Below are positions 9,357-18,613 of a stretch of DNA of 64,000 bases, in pieces (the stretch's first letter is position 1; every line of letters begins with the position of its first letter). Made by a program: the position numbers and the translations under genes. Under the pieces are notes generated by a model. It saw only the letters and a program-made list of their open reading frames with translations. It searched no databases and was not told the DNA's origin. Source of the stretch: an uncultured virus (IMG/VR IMGVR_UViG_2663763181_000001) (lineage: Duplodnaviria > Heunggongvirae > Uroviricota > Caudoviricetes); IMG/VR virus record IMGVR_UViG_2663763181_000001; one strand, 5' to 3'.

Positions 9357-10418
9357 ATGTTAGATTTATTCACCCCAATTGTTGAGTCTGAAAAACAACA
9401 TTATATTTTTAAAATTTTATCAAATGAAACAATGTATGCTGAAAGGAATGTAATATTAGATTGGGCTGATGGATTTGTAGATAGAGATAATAAATTTGTA
9501 AAAGAATTCCAAACTACTTTTGAATCTTCTTTGATGGAATTATATCTAAATAAAATCCTGAAATCAGAAAATATTGATATAGACTATAAACATAATGCAC
9601 CTGACTTTGTGTGCAACAAAAATGGTTCATCTTTTTGTATTGAAGCGACTATTGCAAATCCTGAAAAAGATGGGCAGCCAGCCTATGGTTTTACAGAAGA
9701 CTATTTAAATTTTGATATTGACTTTAAAGAGTTCAATAGGAAATCAATTATTAGAATTGCTAATTCTATTGTCACTAAATCTCAAAAATATACAAGATCT
9801 TATTGTAAATACCCGCATGTAATCGGTAAACCTTTTATTTTAGGTCTTAATTCCTTTGATCGTCCTCATTCCCATTTTATAGGACACCGCGGTTTAATGG
9901 CAGTCCTCTATGGAATTTATTTTAATGAAGAAAGGGCTGTTTCAGAAGAACTTTCCTATATTCCAAGAGAAAGAATGGATTTTATTGAGAAAGATAATGG
10001 AGCATCAATTCAACTCGGTTTTTTTACAACTTCGGAGTACGAGCACATTAGTGGCGTAATTTATAATCCATATGCTAACTGGGGGAAAGTCCAAGCATTA
10101 GCTGAATTATCTGAAGCAAATAAATATACATATTTTAATGCGCTTTACACTAGGGATGAAGTAAATGAGGAAACGTTAACCCCAGATATCCGTCAAGGTA
10201 TTCCTAAAGAAGAATATTCTGAATCGATCTTTGATGGTATGTATATTTTTCATAATCCTCATGCTAAATATCCAATTCCTAAATTTTTATTTAACCATCC
10301 TAAAATTGCTCATTTCAGTTTGGATAAAGCCGGGAATATTATTGAAAGAATTAGTGGTAAATTTTTACTTTCACGAAGTTTAATAGGTGCACGTGTAAGT
10401 TCAATGTTTCCCAAATAA
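9357..10418 (+). CDS. Moron: PD-(D/E)XK-like nuclease-fold protein, candidate anti-phage gene
   Basis: ELYL...APDFV...CIEAT motif; opposite strand to its neighbours; AT-rich; own promoter and terminator. Confidence 0.6.
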   Translation: MLDLFTPIVESEKQHYIFKILSNETMYAERNVILDWADGFVDRDNKFVKEFQTTFESSLMELYLNKILKSENIDIDYKHNAPDFVCNKNGSSFCIEATIANPEKDGQPAYGFTEDYLNFDIDFKEFNRKSIIRIANSIVTKSQKYTRSYCKYPHVIGKPFILGLNSFDRPHSHFIGHRGLMAVLYGIYFNEERAVSEELSYIPRERMDFIEKDNGASIQLGFFTTSEYEHISGVIYNPYANWGKVQALAELSEANKYTYFNALYTRDEVNEETLTPDIRQGIPKEEYSESIFDGMYIFHNPHAKYPIPKFLFNHPKIAHFSLDKAGNIIERISGKFLLSRSLIGARVSSMFPK

Positions 10419-10476
10419 AGAGAAATTCAAAGACATAATATTTATAAATTTAATTTTGCTGTATCCAACAATCCAT

Positions 10477-10507
10477 AAAAAATACGCTCATCAAGAGCGT
10501 ATTTTTA
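10477..10507. terminator. Bidirectional intrinsic terminator
   Basis: AAAAAATACGCTC-ATCAA-GAGCGTATTTTTT between convergent genes. Confidence 0.85.
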
Positions 10508-10516
10508 TTACTTATA

Positions 10517-13500
10517 TTAAGCAGCTAGATTAATATTATTCTCTTGCTCAAATTCATCAATCTTCTTAATAATTTCAGCAGACTTGTTATATGGCATAAC
10601 AATCTCATCAAACTCATTTACTTCTGAACCCCAGAATTTGAGCATGATATTCTTAATCTGAGGTTTATCCACGCCGTCGCCATTGAATACATACTTGCTA
10701 CGTTCAGTTCTGACATATAGTTGGTACTTAGCAAGCTGCTCATCAATACGTAGTTTTCTAGGAGGCATTGCGATATCACGAATTTCTGAAAAGAGGTCTT
10801 CAACACTTGTAAGGTGCGTAAAGTCTAATTCTCGTGTTATTGGAACATCATTAGAGCCTGCATGTTTTTCAATAATGATGATGCGAGTTGAAACGGCGGT
10901 ACCAGCATTTTTAAAGGTTGATTGAGGTAACCAGATTTCAGCTGTCAGAATTGCACCAGGTGTGCTTTCAATAAATTCGTCCACTTTAGAATCCATTGAA
11001 CCACGTGGTACCAAGGCCACAATCCGACCACCATCATAAAGATGACCAAAAGCCTTCTTGATATGTTGAATTGCCAAAGTGCCAGCATGACCAAATGGCG
11101 GATTCATCACAATCGCATGGTACTTATTCAATGATTCTAAAGATTCGAATGTATCAACAATTACTTTAGCACCTGTATTTGCCATTTGAGCACGACTAGC
11201 TAAAGACTCAGTCGGTTCAATCATTGTCAACTCTACATCCTGCGGAACAAAACGACCAATAGCTCCATCACCAGCACTAGGCTCAAGCACAGAATCGCCA
11301 GTGTGTACCCCTGCCCATTCAATCATTTTGAATCCTAGAGGTTCAGGCGTTGCATACCATTCCTTACCTTCGCGGTTATTACGACTTTCAGAACGTTTGC
11401 CTTTGGCATAGTAGAATGTTAGTGCTTGATCAAATGGGGTTAACTTAGCAATACGGGCATTTTCTTCATCATATGCTTTACCGCCAATACCATCATTTAG
11501 ACTTGGCTCTTCATATTTAGCTTCTTCATAAGCCTGAATTAACGCTTCTTTGATACTTACTACAGCATCAGCACCTTTTGCAAAGTTATCTACTGTTTCT
11601 GCGCGTCCAGCAATCGTGTCTGCAAATGCAGCCCGTTCCCATGCAGTACCAGTAGTCAAGTATCTCTGAATAGCATTTGATGCTTGTCCGGTTCGATAGA
11701 TACGCCCTTCCGTCTGTCTCAACTTGGCTGGCTTTGTTGGTTGACCAATATTAATGAGTACTCGCTGGTGTTTACCAGTTGTATCATGCAAGCTAATCCC
11801 AGTAGAACCAGCATCTGACTGCAGAATGAGAATATCGTGCCCGCTATCATCAGTATTAAATAACGCTACATTAGTTTCACGTTGTTGCTTTGAAAGACGG
11901 CCATTAAATAAAAGAGCATTAGGAAATGCATTCTTTAAAGTTTCAACAGGTGAATCATAATCAAGATTGAGATTTACTAGATCCGGTCTATTTTCTTTGA
12001 ATGCATTATATTCAAGCTCAATATCTTCTCTAAGTGGGCTTTCATATTTTTCGATATCAAGCTTACTAATCAAGAAAGGTGCAAAACCACCGCCCTCGTT
12101 ATAGTCATGAAAAATTACTACTTTACGACCTAATGCTAAGTGCTTTTTCACCATATCAACACAAGCTTCAGCTTTAATAGCTTCTAACAAACGGCGTCTT
12201 GCTAAGTAATCAAAGCGTTTTGCAATAATTTCGTATATTTTTTTAAATCGGTTGCCAGTAAATAGCCGATCATATTCTTGCATAGATGCATGACGTCCCC
12301 AGCCTGTTGTTGGTTTACCAGTCTGAGCAGCCCATTCTTCAAAAGTTCTTGTTTTGTGCCCTTCTATTTCTTTATAACCATTGCGAAGATAAGTTAAACC
12401 TTCATCAATAAGTTCACCAACACGAGAGCCAATTAGAATGAATTTACGATCATAGTCAAAATTTACTTCTAAATCCCGCCCAGACATAGCACCAGTGTTT
12501 TTAAGATTTTCAGCGAACTGTCTTTCAAGTACTCCTGTATCTACCTTAGCTTCAGGTCGGGTCAACTTACCATATCGCTTTCGATATCCAAGATTTCCCA
12601 TATAGAAGTGCTCTCGAGCCTTACTAAAGCCTTCAGCTAAATTACCTTGGTCATCAACAGATACTGAAGGAGACATATAATCAAATAAATAGCCTTCCGC
12701 CCAATCAAGTGAAAAGTGATAACTAAATGGCGTAGCAGATAAGAAAACAACTTTGACCTTACTTTTCTGGTGTTTCCAATTCAAATTCCAGATCTTTCGT
12801 TGTTCATTTCGAAGGATCTGCATTTTGTTATAAGCACTTAGGTATTGTTCTGTTTCTTTACCATCTTCATCGAGCTCTTCAATTGGCATCTGATCAGCAA
12901 ATTTATCTTCAAACCATTCACTAAAACCATGCAAATGCCCGGTTAATGCTCTTAGTTTGTTTAATGCTGCAGTTGCTTTACCATCGGATGATTGCGATAG
13001 AGTATGTGCCTCATCAATTAATATCAGGTCCCAATGTTTGTGAACTAAACTTTTATTTTGTCCAAAATTAGCAAAGGTTGTGACCACGACTGTGTGTTCA
13101 TTACCGCCGTTATCTTTAATACTTTTTAATTTGTAAGCTTTGATATTCAACGGACTTGAGCTTTTTACAAAGTCATTTGCAATCTTATCATTCAAGGTAA
13201 CAATCAAAATATTCTTGAGACCAGCATTAATAAAACGCTTTGCCACTCCAAGCCCAGTAAAGGTTTTACCTGTACCAGTGCCGTTAGTAAAAAGAATACC
13301 CTTCTTATTTTCCTCAATTAACCGCTTTTCAGTTTTTAAAACATCACCACGTTGTGCCAGTTGCAGATATGGCAAAGCTGCGTCAATATTTGAAGCATCG
13401 CTCCAAATTGTTTCTACATTATCTGCTTTTAATTGAGCTTCAAGCTTTTCATCTATGGCAGCTCTAACTGATTTAGCAGATTGTACAATTGATCGATCTC

Positions 13501-14347
13501 TTGCTCGTTTAAGAGATGATCTCTTACCAGATAGTTCACTGCTTCCGCTGCTGTTAATCCGGTTAGCACTGGTTCCACTATCTCCATTTGAAGATTCATT
13601 TCTAGGATTTCGGCCGCCAAGTAAACTTGCATCATCACTTTTTGGTAAGCCAGTATTACTGTCTCTGAGTACCCCAACTTCTCCATCATTTCTGACTGCT
13701 TCTGAAGCCTCAAGTTCATCTTTTCCTGATCCAGTTGTAGAAACAATTGGTCCTCTGGATCTGAGACGAAATTCGCCAACTGATTCCACATCTGAATTGG
13801 TATTTGATACATGTAAGAATAATCCTTTTACAAGTTGCTGATCTTCTGAAAGAAGAGAGTCTGGAATAGCTTTAAGATGTTTTGAGCGTACAAGAATTTC
13901 ACCCTGATAATAAAAGGCATAGGGGTCAAACTCTTTAGCTTTGGTTAATTTGATGCCTTTAAGACCAATAACCTGTAATGTTTTATTCTTTTTAGTGGTG
14001 TATGGCTTCAGCTCTTTATCGCAAGCAAAAAGACTGACAATAGTCTCTAGCTGTTCAATAACATTTCTGGAACTGTTATTAAGGTGTTGGATAACTGATT
14101 CATCAATGTTTTTGATAGCCTCGTTATATAAGACTTCAATAACTTCATCCAATTTTGGAAAGTCACTTTCTTGACGGGCAAAAGCTAAAGCTTGCTTTGC
14201 TACAGACAAGTTAAGTTCTATTTGCTTATGGATTATAAGAAGGAAAAATCGAGCAATATTGCTCTGATAATGCATGAAATCAATCATGTAATAAATCGCA
14301 ACCAATACTGTGTCTTTAGTGATTGGTTTGAGCTTTAAAATGGACAT
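10517..14347 (-). CDS. DarB-like polyvalent protein: SF2 helicase plus C-terminal N6-adenine DNA methyltransferase
   Basis: GTGTGKT, DEAH, SAT, QTEGRIYR helicase motifs; LEPSAGDG and NPPFG MTase motifs. Confidence 0.85.
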   Translation of the reverse strand: MSILKLKPITKDTVLVAIYYMIDFMHYQSNIARFFLLIIHKQIELNLSVAKQALAFARQESDFPKLDEVIEVLYNEAIKNIDESVIQHLNNSSRNVIEQLETIVSLFACDKELKPYTTKKNKTLQVIGLKGIKLTKAKEFDPYAFYYQGEILVRSKHLKAIPDSLLSEDQQLVKGLFLHVSNTNSDVESVGEFRLRSRGPIVSTTGSGKDELEASEAVRNDGEVGVLRDSNTGLPKSDDASLLGGRNPRNESSNGDSGTSANRINSSGSSELSGKRSSLKRARDRSIVQSAKSVRAAIDEKLEAQLKADNVETIWSDASNIDAALPYLQLAQRGDVLKTEKRLIEENKKGILFTNGTGTGKTFTGLGVAKRFINAGLKNILIVTLNDKIANDFVKSSSPLNIKAYKLKSIKDNGGNEHTVVVTTFANFGQNKSLVHKHWDLILIDEAHTLSQSSDGKATAALNKLRALTGHLHGFSEWFEDKFADQMPIEELDEDGKETEQYLSAYNKMQILRNEQRKIWNLNWKHQKSKVKVVFLSATPFSYHFSLDWAEGYLFDYMSPSVSVDDQGNLAEGFSKAREHFYMGNLGYRKRYGKLTRPEAKVDTGVLERQFAENLKNTGAMSGRDLEVNFDYDRKFILIGSRVGELIDEGLTYLRNGYKEIEGHKTRTFEEWAAQTGKPTTGWGRHASMQEYDRLFTGNRFKKIYEIIAKRFDYLARRRLLEAIKAEACVDMVKKHLALGRKVVIFHDYNEGGGFAPFLISKLDIEKYESPLREDIELEYNAFKENRPDLVNLNLDYDSPVETLKNAFPNALLFNGRLSKQQRETNVALFNTDDSGHDILILQSDAGSTGISLHDTTGKHQRVLINIGQPTKPAKLRQTEGRIYRTGQASNAIQRYLTTGTAWERAAFADTIAGRAETVDNFAKGADAVVSIKEALIQAYEEAKYEEPSLNDGIGGKAYDEENARIAKLTPFDQALTFYYAKGKRSESRNNREGKEWYATPEPLGFKMIEWAGVHTGDSVLEPSAGDGAIGRFVPQDVELTMIEPTESLASRAQMANTGAKVIVDTFESLESLNKYHAIVMNPPFGHAGTLAIQHIKKAFGHLYDGGRIVALVPRGSMDSKVDEFIESTPGAILTAEIWLPQSTFKNAGTAVSTRIIIIEKHAGSNDVPITRELDFTHLTSVEDLFSEIRDIAMPPRKLRIDEQLAKYQLYVRTERSKYVFNGDGVDKPQIKNIMLKFWGSEVNEFDEIVMPYNKSAEIIKKIDEFEQENNINLAA
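13453..13812 (-). CDS. Nested same-strand, alternative-frame gene inside the DarB-like gene (119 aa)
   Basis: AAGGA SD 10 nt before ATG; protein-like helical composition while the host frame is low-complexity. Confidence 0.55.
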   Translation of the reverse strand: MYQIPIQMWNQLANFVSDPEDQLFLQLDQEKMNLRLQKQSEMMEKLGYSETVILAYQKVMMQVYLAAEILEMNLQMEIVEPVLTGLTAAEAVNYLVRDHLLNEQEIDQLYNLLNQLELP

Positions 14348-14422
14348 ATATCCCTCAACATAGGAACTTTACATTCCTATGTTGAATGATCGTAAGTATC
14401 TAATTTTTAGTAGGTTCCAGAT

Positions 14423-15934
14423 CTAAACATCTAATTCTTCGAAAAGAATGTCATTAATTTTGTTCCCTTCATGATTTTCTTTGTCATTACTTTGATCAAT
14501 TTTAGCTTTCAAAGCACTGTGGAAACGTTCAGCTCCCTCTTTCGTTAATCGAATTATTTTAGGGCTACTTGAACTGCTGGAATCAACCAATGAATCGTAC
14601 ATTTGCACACTAATGAAATCATCACCAAGCACTTGTTGTGCATATTGGAGAGCATCTTTTACACTTACTGGTTCAGGTTCACCAAACAATCCTACATTGC
14701 TGCTATCTAAAGCTTGTTTCTCTGCAAATTCAGCTAAAGCTTTAAATAACATACTCATTTTTTTTGAACTGCGGCTATTCTTGGCGAGAAATACGGCGAG
14801 CTCAGCAACACCTTCTCCTAGATCCTCAAAAAGCCCTTGCTGCTTTACAAACTCAACAATATCTTGATCATTTTGCTTTGCAGATAAAATTGTATTTGCT
14901 GCATCAATAATTGCATTAGCAACACGTTGATCAATGGCTTGCTCCATTCCATCAACGATTTGATCTGATATATCTTGAACATTTCCACGACTTATGGCTT
15001 GCGCTTCAATAAATTTAGGGGCAGCAACACCAAGCGCATTAAGCATATTTTGAAGATCTGGTTTTGTATGATCAGCCATCATTTCTAGCAAACGATCATC
15101 ATTGTACGCTTTACTAAAAATTGCGGCCTTGATTCTGTTTATCAGTGCTTGTGTTGGTTTTTTATCTTTCGTTGTGTACTGGGCAGCTTCTGTATCACCT
15201 AATTTACTTAAAAAACCTTGAATAAACTTTTGATTACTTACTGCTAATAAATCGCCATCTTCACTCGGATTAAAAAGTGCCAGTAAATTCTCATCTAAAC
15301 GTTTAGCATCAGCTTTAGCACGTTCAGTTGCTGTAAAAGACAACTTATCATCTTGGTTAGCATCTATTGCAAATTGAGCTCTATCAATCTCGGTTGTACG
15401 AATACGTATCAAAATCGGTTGAGCTATTGCTTGGACCTGCTCACTACTAAAGCCAAAGTAATCAGCTTCATCAATCAACCATTGTTTATACTCATCTGCG
15501 GAACCGCGATCATAGGCAAGCTTGATTGCCATTGTTCGGCCATTTCCTGATTCAACCACTAAATCATCACCAGTAATCGGTGCTCCCGTATCTGCACGAC
15601 CTGAGCGGCCTAGGCTTTCGGGATCTAAATCATTAGCAGTTTTCTGTACCCATGCTTGTGAGGATTCACGACTACGATCTCGTGGCTGCAATTCTTGCGG
15701 ATAATTAGGGTTTTCCGCACCAGTTGCTGTATGAGATGCAATGACTTGATCAATATCAACTAAAGCGAATACAGTAGAAATCTTTTGTCCTTTGGCTGTT
15801 TTCACATTATTAGTTCTACCCTTCAAAAGCCCAGTGAAGGGCTGTTTAGGTTTAAAGAAGCTGATCATTTGATCAATTACAACTAATGGATTTTTAGCAA
15901 TATCTTGAGTAGAAATTAGATTTAATGTTGTCAT
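14423..15934 (-). CDS. DdrB-like ParB-domain protein
   Basis: LQPRDRSR, GAPI...VVESGNGR signature of the ddrB-like ParB family; coupled to the darA-like gene. Confidence 0.8.
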   Translation of the reverse strand: MTTLNLISTQDIAKNPLVVIDQMISFFKPKQPFTGLLKGRTNNVKTAKGQKISTVFALVDIDQVIASHTATGAENPNYPQELQPRDRSRESSQAWVQKTANDLDPESLGRSGRADTGAPITGDDLVVESGNGRTMAIKLAYDRGSADEYKQWLIDEADYFGFSSEQVQAIAQPILIRIRTTEIDRAQFAIDANQDDKLSFTATERAKADAKRLDENLLALFNPSEDGDLLAVSNQKFIQGFLSKLGDTEAAQYTTKDKKPTQALINRIKAAIFSKAYNDDRLLEMMADHTKPDLQNMLNALGVAAPKFIEAQAISRGNVQDISDQIVDGMEQAIDQRVANAIIDAANTILSAKQNDQDIVEFVKQQGLFEDLGEGVAELAVFLAKNSRSSKKMSMLFKALAEFAEKQALDSSNVGLFGEPEPVSVKDALQYAQQVLGDDFISVQMYDSLVDSSSSSSPKIIRLTKEGAERFHSALKAKIDQSNDKENHEGNKINDILFEELDV

Positions 15935-17886
15935 TAGATATTCTCCGCTTCCATTTTTTGTACTTGATTCAAGAGCTCTGTCACCGCTGGAATAAGAAGT
16001 GGATCATTTAAGTCTTTTTCTGCTTCATCTCGAATTTGCTCTAATAACTCAAGATTAACTTTAACCTGCCCTTCAATTACTGAACGGTAAAGTTGATTAC
16101 CTTCATCATTTGTCGTACTAGGCTGAAGATCTTCAACTTCTGTCGGAGCATTTAGTTCTTTAAATTCTTCATTATCTGAATTTTGGGCTGGCTCTTTATT
16201 TCTGAGGCGATCCGCTAAATGTTCATCTGCCCATGCTCTTGAATATTCATAAAATGCTGTTAAATATTCTGGTGAACCTTCGGCACCATTCCAGTTTTTT
16301 AAGAATTCACCACGGCGATCTGAAACCCAAGCCATAAAGTCTATGTTGTTAGAATCTTCAGGATTTTCCAAAGTGTCTAACCATGCTTGCATCATTTTGT
16401 TTTCAGCTATACCAGCTGTACGTGCTGCTAATACTTCTTCATCTCTTTTTTGTTTAGCTTCATTTTCGGCATCAATAAGTTTTTTTGCTTCTAATTCTGC
16501 TTGCTGTTGAGCCAAAGCCTGGTCATCTAGATCAGAAATCCATTCACGTGCCCAAACTACTGCATCAGAACCCCCCTCTAGAGCCTTATTGATACGTTCA
16601 AAGAATGCTTGGTAACGTAAACCATCTTCACCTGCCCATTCAGGATCAGCATTTAAACGCTTTAAGTCGGCTTTTAAACGTTCGGCTTCTTCATCAGAAA
16701 TACTATCTGGTAACTCATTATCGAGACTATTCTCTTTAATGATTACTTCATTTTCTTCAGATTGCTTGGTTAACAATGTATTTTGCAACTGATCCAATTC
16801 ATTTAATAAATTGGAAATTTCTACACTTAAAGAATTTAATTGACTTTGTTTTTGCTCGAGACGTAGTTCAGCATCTGCTAAAGCCTTGGCCTTTTCTGCT
16901 TTTTTAGATTGTAACCGCTTAAAACGATTACTATTTTGGTTAATCAACTTCATAATTCGACCAGCGAGAACTGGAATTGATATTCCTTCTCCCTGATTAG
17001 GCTGAATTGCAGCCGTAATATCCCGATTGTTCATTAAAATCTTCCATGAAATTAATGCATCTGCTGGACTAATTTTTTTTGATAATCGATCTGGCTTATG
17101 AAAAAGGATTGTGAAGTTTTGACCATCATCAAAATCATAAGTAAGAGCAATTTGAAGGACTTTTTTATGCTTAAAGGGCTTACTTTCCGTAACGTTAACG
17201 ATTTTGACGCCAGTTTTTGAAAACTGATCCATAGAGTGATGCAAAATTGCAGATAGCTGCTCTAAATGCTGGTAATCAACGATAATAGAGTCATAATGCG
17301 CTTCTTCTACGCCTAGACTAGATAAAAGCGTAGGTAACCCATCAAATTTACTTAATAATTGGCTGTGATCATCATTTCGTTGCATATCTAATAACAACTT
17401 AGAAGTATCACCCTCATGAGAAATTAAATTGATTCCATCCCATTCAGGTTTTTCAGCTGCGACAACATTTTGTAATTGTTCTAGTTGCCATCTTTGAATC
17501 GGTTTTGAACCCGTCAAATTAAATTGTTGTGAAGATAAATGGCGCTTAAGTCCAAATTGATTTGTTTCAATAACATCTGTAACACAAGCATCAAACATTC
17601 GGCCAAATTGCAGTATCGCTAAATCAGCTGCATGCTGGTCATCGATAGCGCCTAATACCGCAACAGAATCAAACGCATCTATCCCACCCTTTTTACCTTT
17701 TAAATTTACAACACGCCAGAAATCATTTTCCGTGTAATCTTCAGTGACTAAAGCATTAATTTGACGGTAATCACCCTTAATAAACCCAATTGAACAAGCA
17801 CCACTATTCACCATAGAGTCAAAACCATGTACTAATCGGCTTTGATGTGGTGCGTGTGTTTGAATGAAAATTGATTTAACACTCAC
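15934..17886 (-). CDS. DarA-like (defence against restriction A) protein
   Basis: PFK...DGQNFTILFHKPD...SWK...RDIT...P..G...R.MKLI..NS.RF DarA N-terminal-type domain plus coiled coil; GTG start with GAGGA RBS. Confidence 0.75.
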   Translation of the reverse strand: MSVKSIFIQTHAPHQSRLVHGFDSMVNSGACSIGFIKGDYRQINALVTEDYTENDFWRVVNLKGKKGGIDAFDSVAVLGAIDDQHAADLAILQFGRMFDACVTDVIETNQFGLKRHLSSQQFNLTGSKPIQRWQLEQLQNVVAAEKPEWDGINLISHEGDTSKLLLDMQRNDDHSQLLSKFDGLPTLLSSLGVEEAHYDSIIVDYQHLEQLSAILHHSMDQFSKTGVKIVNVTESKPFKHKKVLQIALTYDFDDGQNFTILFHKPDRLSKKISPADALISWKILMNNRDITAAIQPNQGEGISIPVLAGRIMKLINQNSNRFKRLQSKKAEKAKALADAELRLEQKQSQLNSLSVEISNLLNELDQLQNTLLTKQSEENEVIIKENSLDNELPDSISDEEAERLKADLKRLNADPEWAGEDGLRYQAFFERINKALEGGSDAVVWAREWISDLDDQALAQQQAELEAKKLIDAENEAKQKRDEEVLAARTAGIAENKMMQAWLDTLENPEDSNNIDFMAWVSDRRGEFLKNWNGAEGSPEYLTAFYEYSRAWADEHLADRLRNKEPAQNSDNEEFKELNAPTEVEDLQPSTTNDEGNQLYRSVIEGQVKVNLELLEQIRDEAEKDLNDPLLIPAVTELLNQVQKMEAENI

Positions 17887-17959
17887 GGAGTTATCCTCAT
17901 TTTAGTTTGAGGATATTTTCTCAATTAGGTGAATCTATAAAGGCAATGAGTTCCATAGC

Positions 17960-18613
17960 TTATTTTAAGTTGGGAAACATTTTGATGAAATTTAAAGTAA
18001 CAATGGCATGTGCTTTATTAGAGGCATCAAGGGGCAAATTGCCTGCTTGAAGTGAAACTAGATGCTCAATTTCAAATTGGTTCTGATTTCTTGCAGCTTT
18101 ATCAAAAGCATATATTTTTAATCTCATTAAGTATTCAATTGGTGGAGACTGAGTACCATCTTTATTAAACATTATTTCTTTTATAGCTTTAGCACTATTC
18201 GCAATAGCTGCTTCTTTAGTCTCAATAAATGAAATGTTCAACTCATTTGAAGCATTACCAGTTACATGGTTGAGTTGAAAATGCCCCACATGCACTGCAT
18301 CGGTTTGGGCATCTAGTAGTGATACATCTACATTATTGGCTAACCAAGCAACTTTGTTTGAAGGATCAAAAATTGGAATATTTGCTTGAGCAATTTTACT
18401 GTTTGCACGGTACGGGCGAATTTCAATTCCAAAATGGGCCGCTGAAAGTGTCCCTAATGCGTAAAGTTCCTGATAATGTGAAACAGCTCGATCAACAGTT
18501 AGACCAGACCACAAGACAGGATTCTTAGCAAAACGTTCTTTAAACGGATTTAAAACGTTTCCCAAACTGTTATTTATAGTTTTATTCTGTGTTTCGTATT
18601 CAAAAAAAGCCAT
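17960..18613 (-). CDS. Putative tail tube-like/baseplate protein
   Basis: Tube-fold-like pattern (ELNISFIET); coupled to the portal gene. Confidence 0.45.
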   Translation of the reverse strand: MAFFEYETQNKTINNSLGNVLNPFKERFAKNPVLWSGLTVDRAVSHYQELYALGTLSAAHFGIEIRPYRANSKIAQANIPIFDPSNKVAWLANNVDVSLLDAQTDAVHVGHFQLNHVTGNASNELNISFIETKEAAIANSAKAIKEIMFNKDGTQSPPIEYLMRLKIYAFDKAARNQNQFEIEHLVSLQAGNLPLDASNKAHAIVTLNFIKMFPNLK

